A DNA stretch of 64,000 nucleotides from Vairimorpha necatrix. Taxonomy: Eukaryota. The number at the start of each line of letters is the position of its first letter. The first letter of the stretch is position 1. Positions 1-12,471 of the stretch are shown here, one piece after another. Both the position numbers and the translations under genes were made by a program. The stretch is from contig CP142727.1 in NCBI GenBank assembly GCA_036630325.1, forward strand, positions 744,001 to 808,000. The letters run 5' to 3'. A model generated the notes under the pieces. That model was not told the DNA's origin and did no database searches. It saw only the letters and a program-made list of their open reading frames with translations.

Positions 1-1017
1 ATCTTCTTTGCTTACATTATGAGTAACTTCATTGGCACACTTGAGTTTTCTATAGAAATTGCTTCTATTTAGCTCAAAATTCTGAAATAAGCCCCTATAA
101 CTCTGCGTCGGTCTGCGACCTCTATCTTCCTTGAGTATATGGCTTTCCTCAAGTTGAGTATAGCATTAGCTTCAGAAGTATCTCGGTGTAAACATGCAAG
201 CATGTTGAGTTTACGCATTACCTTCTTGAATTCACGATTTCCTCATTTGAGAGTTTATCAAAAGCCCTGGCCTTTTTGATAAGCACTACATTGTCTTCAA
301 TCTCAGTAATTTTTTTCAAAATTCTTACCTTTTAAGAGAAGGTTTGGGCTTCTTACTGGCCATTTCCTAATATCAGATCTGCGCAGCTTGCAGTATCTTT
401 GCCATCTGGTACATTTATGAGGGGAGGAGATCTAACGTGACTATCAACCGCCTTGACTGTGGCATCAAGTTTCAACAGTTCAAAATTCAAGGCAGATATT
501 TATCTCGTTCTTTCTACCTGGTCCACACATGTGTTCTACATATAACTAAGTTTCTCCAATAATCGTTTTTGTACTTTTAGGACGAGCTCTGGTTCGAAGA
601 GACTAACCCCTTCTTTCGAGTGAGTTTCGGCCTTTCGTCTTCTGGTTGGATTCTCTGAGAATTCCTGGGCCGTCATTTGTCTACCGCTATTACTAGTGAG
701 CGCTTTCTTCGCTCTGCCCTTAAATTCTAGTGAACTCATGTTAGACCTAATTTTTTCACAGAGGAACTCGGTAGCTTTATTCCACCGTCCTCTTGGCATT
801 CTACCAAATCTATTTATAATTGATAGAAATACTCTTTGAAGCCCATCTTCTTCATTCGCTTCGGTACTCATAAGTACTGCTACAAGAGTCTAAGCAAATT
901 GAATGTGCACACTAGTGTGTTCTTGCCCCTGTTCTTTTTCAGATGTGTTTATTTCGCTCCTTACCACTTCGGGGGTTGATTTGTTATTTTTTTGGTTTTT
1001 TCCTCCTGCTCTGTCAT
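1..1017 (-). mobile_element. 5' part of a degenerate REL-type (R4/Dong-like) non-LTR retrotransposon, continuing beyond the window start
   Basis: Near-identical to 44635-45655, which is contiguous with RT and REL motifs. ORF 536..871 matches ORF 44988..45506. GGG-TA-ATG start at 1017. Confidence 0.75.
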
Positions 1018-1085
1018 TACCCTCTTTTTGCTATATAATCAACGCATAAATTTAAAATTAATTTTATACCCCCACTTTTTTAAAT

Positions 1086-1890
1086 ATGACGAGAATGAAG
1101 ACTAGAGAAGAAAAGGAACAGTTAAAAGTGCTGTTTTTGTGTTATAATTCCATCTTGGATAATCATGAGATAATTCAGTTATCTTATGATATTTTAAGTA
1201 AGGAATGTGATTTTGATCAAAATGATCTGCACAATTTCTTGGAAGCAGCAATAAGTTCATATAATGATATTCCCTATCATAATGCTACCCATGGGTTCAA
1301 TGCATTATATAATTCGAATATCTTATTCATAGACCAAAAATTGAACGAAAAGTTAGGTTTATCTTTTTGATTTGCTGCCTATTGCATGACATAGACCATC
1401 CAGGGTTCGATTCCCGTGGGCATAATAAATTTGATTTAGAAAATCTCCATGTGGATTTTATAAAGAAATTACTGTCTGAATTTTTACCCGGGCATTTGAC
1501 AGAGGAAAATATGAATTTAATAAGTGAATTAATCTTATCTACAAATTTAATCATATAATGTACTGCTTGACGCTTTTAAAAATAAATATATAGGTCGGAA
1601 TATTAATGGCGTCAAAAAACTAAATATTATTGATTTCAAAATGTTGATAAAAATAGCAGACATAGGTGCATCTTATAAAAAGTTCGATGATTTCATGTGT
1701 GGAAGCAGAAAGCTCGAGAAAGAAATTCGCGGCACGTGCATAGGAGGCGCTAGAAAAAAGGCAGAACAAGATGCAATTCATCTTAAATTATTCCTTACCA
1801 CTAGCAGAGGTGTTTTCTAAAGATTTTAAATTTTTGTATGTAACTGCCATCGAAAAACAAAAAGAATACAATAACAAAAACTTCTTTTAG
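1086..1890 (+). pseudogene. Class I cyclic-nucleotide phosphodiesterase, type-A paralog, frameshifted
   Basis: PYHNATH (ORF 1086..1370), LLHDIDHPG and DLENLH (ORF 1367..1558), and IKIADIG are split across frames by indels and stops. CCC motif before the ATG. Confidence 0.85.
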
Positions 1891-4370
1891 AATAAGGCTA
1901 TTTGTCTGTAATAACAGAACAAATATTTTGGCTTTTACAAGCGAATTATACGTGTTTGCCGGGAGTCTATTTTTCAAACCTCCTTTGTTAAATAGGAAAT
2001 GGGTCAAGAGAAGATATAAAACACCAATATATATCATTTCTTAAGTGATGTAACAATGAAAATTTTAGTTGTTTCGTAACACAGAGGAAGTACCTCTGAG
2101 TGTACAGATTTATACTGGACTTGACGGCCCTTTATTTTATTATGTTATTTAGCACTTTTTTCGTGCTGATAATGTCTCTAGTTGTAAGCTTTTTCCGCTC
2201 TTGTTTTCCAAGGAAATTGTTGACAGATTTTTAGAGTAAAAATGTGGGGGTAGAGGAGGAAAAAAAATAGTAAAATTTTGGAATAGACGGTCGAAGGGTC
2301 TATTTTTTAAAGAAGATAATTTATTAATAAAACTAAATAATGTTAGAAGCTATATAGCACAAGTCATATATATCAATAGCAAAAAAAGAATAATGTTTAT
2401 ATTTCATGAGCATCTGTTTTTTTATTTTGATGGATTTCCCAAGGCGGTATATTGTCCTACACGAAAAATTATAATAAAAATATAAAAGATTTTTAGTTTT
2501 AAATTATTTCACAATATAAAAAGGTACTAGATCAGTCCGAAATCTAATTTGAGCTTATTAATCTTTCTATAGAGCTCGTTTAAATATGTATTCTTTATAA
2601 GAATTATATATGTAAATTTTGATTATTTAAGTGTAAACAAGGGGCTTGTTGAATATTTAAAAATTTTTGAGACATTTTCTTTCCTCCGTTTAAACGAAGG
2701 ACGCGAGGAACAGCCTCTTATAAAATGGTAAGTGTTACACCCGTCGTTATGCAATCTTCTACGATGTGCATTTTTGTTATATATCCACAAGATTGGAAAA
2801 CGAAAATACAGTAACTAGATTAATATCACAAACAACCTTATTTCAAGACAAAAAATGCACATTTATTTTGTACAACTTTTCTTAATTTTGTTACAATTTA
2901 TAATTTTTGCTTAAAATAGTGCGGACATAACCTGTTGGTAAATACAATACGGGGGTTTATATATTCAGAGTGCGAAGTTTAAATTTATATAAATACCATA
3001 AAAATTCGAATTTTTGTAATCCTTTGTGATTATAAAAGAAAACCAATAAATAGCGAATTACGAAACATCGATTTAAGGAAAAAAAAAAGTAAACGACCCA
3101 TCATGAAATATCGAATATAGCTGTTTTAAATTGTAAACCGTTGCAGTCACCATTCAAAAACAATACAAATAACATACTAGGTCTACCAACCAGTAAAATC
3201 AAAGCGAAATTCTTACAATTACAGAACATGTTATCTAAAATATAACTAATATGCAGAAGATTTGTCTTTAAATAAATTCTAACAAGTTAATGGAATAATA
3301 AATGTAAATTTATTGATATTATTATCGAAAAAAGTGTATAAAGAAAAGGGTTCTTTTTATTCCAATTAGACGTAATATGCTAGAACAATTTCTATTGTGA
3401 GTATTCGCACACGTATTGGTAATTACTCGCCAAACCTTTATTTGTTTTAAAAACAGAATTCAACAGTAATACCACTTGAAGTTATATATACTTAGATAGA
3501 ATACATGAGCACATAAGGATGTGCTGCGAATCTTGGCCGAAATTATAGCTGTTTGCATGGAATTATAAAAAACGATTATTGTCACTTACGTTTAAATGAA
3601 CGTAATCTAAGGGAGTTCTATAAACTTGATTGAATAAATATTATTATTTTTTCGAAAAGTCCACGCAAAGTCCTTATAATATATAATGAAGGTTATCATT
3701 CGCGGATAGTCTTACAGAAATTCAACAATTTAGAAAAAAAAATAAATTTTACCTCATTATTTTCAACAAATAAATCCCACAGATAAAATCTTTTTGATGC
3801 TCAATAGAAGATAAATATCTTTTCATTTAGCAGATTGTCTAGTTGAAACAATTATTGGGGATGTTTCGAGGTTTTTATAGCCGACAGTGTCCGAAAAATA
3901 CAGAAATAATGTAAGCTCGTTGAAAAGACAATAGAGAACTTTTTCTAATTTTTTTTAAAATTTTATTGTTGTAGGAATATAGAAATTTTTTTCGTGGCAT
4001 TATAGCAATTTTGCATTCATTAATAAAAATGCGTTTTTTTGCAGAAAAATGAGAATTTTGATATAAATCTAAATATAAATTTATACAAGCTAGAAAAAAA
4101 TAAAAAACCATAAAGAATCCTTTCTAGTAATCGCCTATATATCTCGTTTTTTGTTCTTTAATTTATACAAGTTCATGTTATGAATTAAATTATTTTTTCG
4201 ATAAAATTATTTTTGCCGTTTTTAGTTCTCCTTGCTAATAATAAAACCACAAAAATAAATATTTACACTAGAAATCGCATATGAGTATGTTCTTCATAAA
4301 ATACTTTTGAAAAGCAAAAATTAATCTTTTTACCACTTGCTTGTTTTTAATCATGTGATACGTGATCTAA

Positions 4371-5157
4371 GGTGCCCTTAGCCCGGTGGTAGAAGGCGAT
4401 TCCTTTATTGGGCAATGGCTGGGGTTAAATCCCACGGGCACCAATTTATATCTACTTTCTATGATGTAGTTAGAGCAACTCAGATGATAAAGGTGCCCAC
4501 GATATCATTAAGTTGATTCAATGAAACTTATGTGTGCCCAGCCACAAGAGGTTAGCATCTAGTGTAGAAACGCGCATCAAGAGCCAAAAGACAGTATCCC
4601 CTTGTAGTGACTTATTGATCCATAAAAGTATCTGATGGGTACGGCCTAGTTGAAACACATGGCTGGTGCATTCTAGCATGGTATCCTAGAGCTAACTAAG
4701 AGACTAGACGGAGTAGCGCAATAGAAGGTCTCGTGGATTCTATCCTTCAAGATTCTGTAACACGGTGGCCGAAACTAGTGGAAGACTGGTGGTCAACACG
4801 GCCCAATAAAAACGAAGGGCTGGTATGTGGTCATGTAAGGAACCGTGTATGCAATACAGATGATTCTTTGGACTTTTGATTCAGTACGACGACGGCTTTC
4901 TCAAGATATAGATAACCATGCCCGTTAAGTATATCCTCTGTGAGGTCACTCTGGACGCGATTTGAGGTATGAATAGAAAATATTCTCCTGGTGCCAAAGT
5001 CCAATGGATACGGCGGAGCTGGCTGCACCGTCAAGTTATATGGAGAAGGTTTCTAATGAGTAGAAATCCCACAGTACAAATTGAACGAGTATCACGCCCA
5101 AATTTTCCTGGTACTTATGTAAGGTTTCTCCCTGCCTCTTACTTGCAAGAAAAAAAA
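4371..5157 (+). mobile_element. tRNA-derived SINE-like element, copy 1
   Basis: Head 4371-4443 runs GGTGCCC...GGGCACCA with A-box-like TAGCCCGGTGG and B-box-like GGTTAAATCCC. A ~710-bp non-coding body and an A-tail follow. Homologous to three other copies. Confidence 0.8.
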
Positions 5158-5165
5158 TTAAAAAA

Positions 5166-6560
5166 CCCTAAAAATTCGTTAAAATTTCGCCAGCGATAAA
5201 AGACGGCGCATCGAAAATGGTTTCCATTTATTCGCGTTGCTCATTCGCAGCGCTGAGAGCATTTGGAGAGTTAAACGACAGTTTAAATTAATCTAAGGTG
5301 CAATCGTTTTTATGTAACACTGACTGTTATATGGCAGAAAATCGAGATAACACGAGATTAAGAATCTTGAGATATCATAAATGCCTACATTACAACATTC
5401 TTGTTTGTTTGTCCAAGGTTTATCTATAGTTATGTGCCCTTTAGTAAAATTTATTGTTTTTGTTAATCATTTTGGTAACATATTAATTTTAAAGTTATAA
5501 AATATTAATTGGCAAGTAAAGTGTATTTCATAAAAAAATTACTTTTTTTTACAATGTATGTATTCTTAAGATTGTGAAATAATTTGATCGAGTTGTAAGA
5601 AAGAGTGATCTGGCAGAAAAATAAAGTTGAGCTTTGAATCCTTCCTTTCAAATACGCTCAATAAAGTTCTTATAACACTATATAAGTAAAAAATTTCAAT
5701 CTAATCTTTATTAATATTTTCATTTTCGAGTAACTTGAAGAAGTTTTGATAATTAGAGATGAAATAGTTAATAAAAGAATAAGGGAAAACGAAACAACTT
5801 GCCTCGGTACAAAAAATATCACAAAAGTAAATTCTACTAAAATTTTATTTATTTTAGAATTCATTATGTCACACGACATCCTTCGACCCATTAGAGATGG
5901 CAGAGGAGTTATAAATCCTAATTTAAAGTCAGAACTGCCAAATGACTGAGATCCCATTTGCTCTCAATGACTCATCGTAAACAAACAATGAACAAAATAC
6001 AAAGTATAAAAAAAACAAAAACACTCAAAACATGCTTACATCCATAACTTCATAAATATTCCGCCTTTTCTTGAAAAAGATGAAAGGGCGGGAAAATAAA
6101 ATTATAAAAGGAATTGTTTTTAACCCCAGATTGAGTTATGAGAGAACGAAACTACAATAAAGAATTTAAAAAAAAATTCTTATTTAAACACACGAGCAGC
6201 CAGGGAGGCAGCCCGTGTCACACAATACATTTGCCCACTTGTATAAGTGCATCAAATAATTGCGATCTACATCGTTGCAGTTTTTATTTTTTCTAGCTTC
6301 TGGTGTCATGTTTCTTCTTTTCTTTTGAAACCACCATTTAATTGAATTTATATTCAAATCGAGAAGCACGCTCAAGTCTTCTACTAAATTCAATGATGGC
6401 CATTGAACTCTTTCATAGGTGTGAAAGAGCACATACTCTTTAACCTGCGTATAGCTTCTTGGTTTGTATCTTTTGTTTTCTTTTTTTAGTTTTATCAATC
6501 CAAATAGAGCCTCCGTTAAAGTATTATCGTCTAAGAAGTTATTCATACCCCGTGGAGAAA
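5166..6560. repeat. Older local duplication unit (homeobox gene plus its downstream flank), paralogous to 10511-13260
   Basis: Shared blocks CCCTAAAAATTCGTT, GATCGAGTTGTAAG, AAAGAGTGATCTGGCAGAAAAA, CGAGTAACTTGAA and the homeobox gene occur in the same order. The second copy carries extra insertions and a deletion. Confidence 0.8.
6184..6546 (-). CDS. Atypical homeodomain protein, 120 aa (HD copy 1)
   Basis: KPRSYTQV...WPS...LSVLLDL...IKWWFQKKRR fits the homeodomain helix pattern (WF..R). GGGGT precedes the ATG. Three near-identical open copies. Confidence 0.85.
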   Translation of the reverse strand: MNNFLDDNTLTEALFGLIKLKKENKRYKPRSYTQVKEYVLFHTYERVQWPSLNLVEDLSVLLDLNINSIKWWFQKKRRNMTPEARKNKNCNDVDRNYLMHLYKWANVLCDTGCLPGCSCV

Positions 6561-6603
6561 TGAATAATGAAATACTAAAATATTAATAAAAAATCATATT
6601 AAA

Positions 6604-9600
6604 TGTGTTGTTTTTTATAATTCTATCCCAATATGATAAATAAAGACATGGGGGCGATACCGAATCGTCAGTTTACAAGTTTGTACTGTGGTCTAGAGGC
6701 CAAAAAGCTATTAAAGGAAGTTAGAAGAATAATGTATAGGTTGGAGATGGAGGAAGTAGAAATCAGTTTGTGGAAGCAGAGAATATTTATGGAAGGAAGT
6801 GAAGAAATAAAAAATTTCATGGTAGAAAGAATTAGTAAAGAGGACGAATATTATAAAATAATTGAGAAATTAGAGGAGGAAATATGTAGAGAAGAAAGAA
6901 CTAAAAAAGAAGAAGAAAATAGGAGAGAACTTATGGAGGTCATAGCTGAGAATGTTAGAGAAACTGTGAGAAAAGAAATTCAAGAGAAAGATTTAGTTTT
7001 AAGGAATACAGTACAAGAAATAAGAAATAATAGGAATTGTTTTAATTGTGGTAAATTTGGACATATGGCTAGGAACTGTTATGTAGGAAGGAACAATAAT
7101 CAGGAAAATAATAAAAATTTTAATAAGTACTATAATTTAGACGAAAACCAAAGTTGTAGTAGCAGTAATGATAATAAAGGATATAAACCAAGTTGAAAGA
7201 CAAAAAGAGTTCTGTTGAAGGAATGTAGTAATAGTGATAGAAGACAGAAAGAAAGAATATATGTTTGCAATAAAGAGACGAAAAGAAGATTACTGAAGAG
7301 GGAATTTACGTTGGAAGATCTCAAAGCGAAATATGAAGAAGTTTTTAAACAAGGAGATGAGGTTATAAGTTATTGTACATTAGAGAAGTGTAAGATAGAT
7401 ACTCCAGAGGGTAAGAAGATAGTCAGAAAGGGACAGACGATTCCACAGGCTTTAATCAAACAGACAGATGAATATATTAATGATTTAGAAAATAGAAAGA
7501 TTATTAGAAGATCGTCATCGGAATGGCGAAACCCAATAAGAGCGATACTTAAACCAAGTGGTGAAGTAAGAGTTGTTAGTAACTTTATAGGGTTGAATGA
7601 TTTAGTCGAGAAAGACCCGTATGAGCTAACGAATATGAGAGAAACAATAAGAGCTACGCATGGGTCGATAATATTTACTGTTGATTGCAAAGAAGCATTT
7701 TACCATTTTGAAATCGAAGAAAAAGATAAACATAAGACGGCGTTTGAATTTAATAAAAAAGTTTACGAATGGAATAGTATGGTGATGGGATACAAAAATT
7801 TCCCACAGATACTACAGCGAACGATGAATAAGATTTTTGAGGATTTGCGAGGAAATGGTGTGGAGGTATACATGGACGATATAGTAATACATGCCAAAAA
7901 CAAACGTAAACACGATATACTAGTTTTAGAAAGAAGAAGGGAAATAAAATGAAATTAAATAGTTGGAAAATACAGTTTAGACAAGCGGAAGTAAAACTAT
8001 TAGGTGTGACGCTGAATGGAACAGACATGACGGCCGACGAAATAAAGAAAAATGAAGCCTTGGAGTATCCAGATCCAAAAACTTTGACGGAATTGAGAAG
8101 ATTTTTAGGATTGACTGGATGGTTCAGACCATTTATAAAAGATTATGCCGGGTTGACGTTGAAAATGACAGATAGTTTGAATAAAAATGGCAAATTGTGG
8201 AAATTAACGGAAGAGATGAAAAAGGAATTTACTGAAATGACAAATGTGTTAAGAAATATGGGAAGACTAAGATTGCAGGACTATAATAAGGAGTTCATAC
8301 TAAGAACAGACGCTAGCTATTTGAGATTGGGAACCGGGGTTACTTCAAAAGAATGAGAATGAAGAATGTGTTGCTATACAATGGGCATCTAAAAAGCTAA
8401 CACCGACAGAAGTAAGATATGGTATATCAGAAAAGTAAATGCTTGCGATACATTGGGGCATTGATAAATTAAAATACGAGTTAAGAGGTAGGAAATTCAG
8501 GATAGAAACGGATCACAAAGCACTGGTTGAGATAAGAAACAAACCGTTTTTCAATAATAACAGAATAAATCGCTTAATCGAGAAGATACAGGAATATGAT
8601 TTTATCGTTGAATATTAAAAACCTGATGAGATGGTGGTAGCAGATGCGTTGGGTCGAATAAATATGGAAGAGGATATTAAAGAAATGAAATTAAAGAGAA
8701 AACAATCAAGCAAACAGAAGGTAAATTGAAGGCGCATGTTTCAACCGAGAATGAAAAACAATATTGGCAATTCGACTCGGGACGTAAAGTTGAAATACCA
8801 CCAGAAAATATAAGGAGACAATTAATCCAAAAATATCATGAAAAAATAGGCCACAGATGCATGAAAAGTGTTTATTATGCAATTAGAGAAGAATACTATT
8901 GGCCAGGAGTAAAGAAAGAAATAAATGAGGTTACAAAACAGTGTCAGATATGCCAGATATATAACAGGAAAAATATGGGAAGTTGTGAATTTGGAGATAC
9001 GTCGAGATGTTTAGAGAAGTTGCATTCGACTTGATAGACTTTATAAATGAGAAGAAATATGTTTTAGTTGCTATCGATTATTTTACACGAAGGGTACGGG
9101 GAGTAGTTGTAAATAACAAGTCAAGTAATAATATTGTTGGATTTTTAAAAAGATTATGTGAGCAAGGGAATAAACCGGAAGAAATTATTACAGATAACGG
9201 TAAAGAGTTTATTAACGGAAAATTTAGAAAATTTTGTAGAGATCTGGATATAATACACCAACAAGTTAGTATAGAAGCGCATAGAAGTAACGGAAGAGTA
9301 GGGCGTGTTATAGGAACTTTGAGAGAAAATATTTTAAAGTCGGATGCGAAAATTTTTGAAGGTAAAGTGTGTAAAAGTATCGAGATATATAATCAGAGCT
9401 ATCATACAGGAATAAAATGTACACCAATAGAAGCGACTGAAGATAAAACTGGTGCCGTAATGCTTGAAAAAAGCCTTTTAGGGAAATATTGTAATAGGTT
9501 TAGAAAAGGAAAGATTGAAAAATTTAGTAAAAGTCAATTGGTAAGAATAGCTAAACGAGAAAATTTGGCAAATGGTAATAAGTATGAAAAAGGAAGATTT

Positions 9601-9804
9601 TTGGATACAGGGAAAATTGTTGAAAAGTGTGGAAAGGATTCTTATATTGCAAAACTTAGTAATGGTAGGCTTGTGAAGAAGAGACATTATGATCTGAAGG
9701 GTATGCTTGGGGTAGATGTGAAAATTAGATGAGACTAGCCGTCTTGAGGGGGGGGATGTGATATATTTGTATAATTTCTATTCCCATTATGATAAATAAA
9801 GACA
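6604..9804 (+). mobile_element. Ty3/Gypsy LTR retrotransposon, degenerate, ~3.2 kb, with very short LTRs
   Basis: LTRs 6604-6648 and 9757-9804 (TG...ATGATAAATAAAGACA), TSD TTAAA at 6599-6603 and 9805-9809, PBS-like TGGGGGC, PPT GAGGGGGGGGA. CCHC knuckle CFNCGKFGHMARNC, RT YMDD, RNase H TDAS, integrase H..GH..C..C and ITDNGKEF in RT-RH-IN order. Confidence 0.93.
6633..9732 (+). pseudogene. gag-pol of the short-LTR Gypsy element, interrupted by stops and frameshifts
   Basis: ORFs 6633..7196 and 7215..7952 share a frame with one TGA between them. ORFs 7949..8356, 8726..9034 and 9007..9732 carry the successive domains. Confidence 0.9.
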
Positions 9805-10952
9805 TTAAATAAAATTTTCAACTAATATGGACTGTTCTTTGTCGAAAAAAGCAAGTAAACTTATTAATTGTACTTTAACAATAATGTTATTGTCGTAGTT
9901 ACTTACGCTTAAACCGAGCATTTATAATGCTTGGATATTTCTTTATATTTTTATAATATTTTAACCCCATCTTATGGAAGAAGGAAGCCAAATAAAACGT
10001 TTCACTAACAATATCAAAACACAAAAACAATTAACATATTTTTCTCATTTGTGTCTGTCCCCTCTACAAACCACTTTGGTATTTAGATCGATAGTCATTG
10101 CGGCACTGGGAAAATACTATTTTCATACGTTTATCTTTTTTAATCTCTATAGAATCAACAAAATGATGTATTTACGATCTAAAATTCAAACATTGCAATA
10201 CAAAGCTCATTTAGACATAACACATTTGTTTTTACATTATTTAATCTTATTGTTTTTCTTTTAACTAAAAAATTTTGCACGTGAAGCTTCTTAGCACATT
10301 TATTACGTATTACTAGTAGTAACTTTAAACTTCTATTTTTGAAATGCAGGCACAATACAATTTTTTAAGGGAAGCCAAGTCCTTTAGCATTGTTGTAAAT
10401 TTCCTTTGACTCTCTTTTACAACTTTTTTAAATAGGAATTCCAATGGATCATATTTCTGCCCAGTTTGATATTCCCTCTTATCAATTATAAAAATAAAAG
10501 TAGAAAAATACCCCTAAAAATTCGTTGAATTTCCGCCAGAAATAAAAGACTGCACATCAAATTTGTTTAAATATGTTCGCTTTGCTCAAACAAGCTCCGA
10601 GTGCATTCGTGCATTAATCGACATTTGGAATCATTCTAGATGTTTAATCGTTTTTAAATAACACTGCCATTAAATGGCAGATTGACATTAGAATACTTCT
10701 ATCAAAATTAAAAATCGTAATAGTATCACAAGTCTCTACATTACAACATTTTTGTTTTTTTCAAGGTTGGCGATTATAGTTATAAGCGTTTTATAGAAAT
10801 CATTGTTTTTGAATATCATTTCCTGGTACCATATTAATTTTAACGCAATAAAACAAGGATTACCAAGTATTTTATATTATATGAATATGATTACTTTTAT
10901 TAAAATATATTTAATACTTAATATTATGTAATAATAATGATCGAGTTGTAAG

Positions 10953-12383
10953 TGTTGAGAATATATGAAAAAAATTTAACCTTATTAACAATTCTCTCTA
11001 ACATCGTGGAGAATAATAAAATCAAACCCCAACAAAAAACAAAATAAAAGCTTGTAAGTTTTAGCGATGCATAAGACTAAAAAATGCAGTATAGGTGAGA
11101 ATGGGGATTGTTAGATGTCTACAGAAGCAAGATGAAGATTCGCATCAGCGGGGACACGGATTTCGAGACGTAGAGGAGCTATGAAGAGCAATTAATAAAC
11201 AACATTGACTGTTTAAATTTAGATCAAAGGATGCTTAGATTGAGTGCAGGTGTGAGCACCACTATTTACATTTGAATCTATTGTGGCAAGATAGCCGACT
11301 ACCTAGTGTATTAAATTCCAGAGAGATTGTAAAAGAGAAGAAAATCGAAGAAAATTGTATTGTAGTTGAAGAATTTATTCGACGAATTAATCCAGTTTTA
11401 TTGTTAAGAAGACGAATCTAAAGAAAAATCTTATTTTTAGACTTACTGTATTATAACAGGGAAGAAAGTGCCGTAAATACTAATACAAGAAGCGTTGGTA
11501 AGATGCAAAGAGTGAAACGCACCACTGGCCAGTTGACCTGCGGCTTCACTTTTATTTTACAAGCCTAGTTGTGGTCGTACAAGGTTGTAAAATTTATTAA
11601 ATCGCTCAGTTCCAAATTTAGAGCAAAGATGTTGAGCATATATTTTTAATAAAAATTTACCCTTATTTTATAATTATAATATGGGTTTAAGAAGACATAG
11701 AAAATACGTGGACACTCAGTACAAGAGATCATAGAAAATGATCGTGCTGAAATAAGAGTAGATACGAGAATATCCACTAATATAAAGGTAACCCATAATA
11801 AGCCTGATATTCTTGTTTTTGACAAGAAGAAGAAAGAAATTTTAATAGTTGAAGTTGGTATAACCAACGAGGATCGACTTACTATAGTTGAGAATGAAAA
11901 ACTAAGAAAATATGACCTTCTTGCAAATGAACTGGGACTAATACATAAATCCCAGACAAGAATAGTTCCTTATGTAATGACATGGGATGGAGTGGTGACC
12001 AAATATCAGAAAAAGTACATCAGGGAGCTAGAAATCCAACCCTACCTGGAAGCATATATCCAGTCTATTATGATGAAGAAGACTCTAGAGTCCATCTCTT
12101 TGGAACGACGACGAGGATACGATCAGGAGGATGCAGGAGAAGAAGAAGTGGCTAGAGATGTATGCGCACCAGCGAATATGGTGACTGTTAAAGAAGTGGT
12201 GTCGGCAAAGGGGAATGAAGCTGCTAAAGTGAAGTTGGAAAACATTAATAATTCCACAGAAACCAAAGTCTGTGAAGAGCTGAATCCCATGAGCGATACC
12301 GGGGAAAGCTGTGCTATAGACATCTAATCTTAATGATAAATTGACTCAATAAATCTTTTATAATTTTATAATTATCTCTAACA
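10953..12383 (+). mobile_element. Non-autonomous micro-LTR (TRIM-like) element with a LINE fragment nested in its 3' LTR
   Basis: TG...CA ends, TSD GTAAG at 10948-10952 and 12384-12388. The empty site GTTGTAAGAAAGAGTG is seen at ~5592. 5' LTR 10953-11003; 3' LTR 11630-11677 plus 12376-12383. Interior homologous to 31052-31681. Confidence 0.8.
11678..12362 (+). mobile_element. 5'-truncated REL-type LINE insertion (endonuclease domain and 3' end)
   Basis: Encodes HNKPDILVFDKKKKEILIVEVGIT...EKLRKYDLL (PD..E..K..Y REL motif), continuing into ORF 11977..12327. Flanked by the 13-bp repeat ATTTTATAATTAT at 11665-11677 and 12363-12375. Confidence 0.85.
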
Positions 12384-12471
12384 GTAAGAAAGAGTGATCT
12401 GGCAGAAAAACAGACTTTGGATTTGACCCTTTCCCTTTTAGTATGCTTACTAAAGTATTTACACACTATAT

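Noticed and set aside
5670-5957. Overlapping ORFs 5670..5957 and 5746..5949, repeated at 54192-54437
   Set aside because: The recurrence is explained by the segmental duplication, and there is no domain or convincing start context.
7130-9687. Minus-strand ORFs over the Gypsy pol, and similar antisense ORFs at 17858, 39960, 47750-49729 and 59637
   Set aside because: Shadow frames of genuine coding sequence on the opposite strand.
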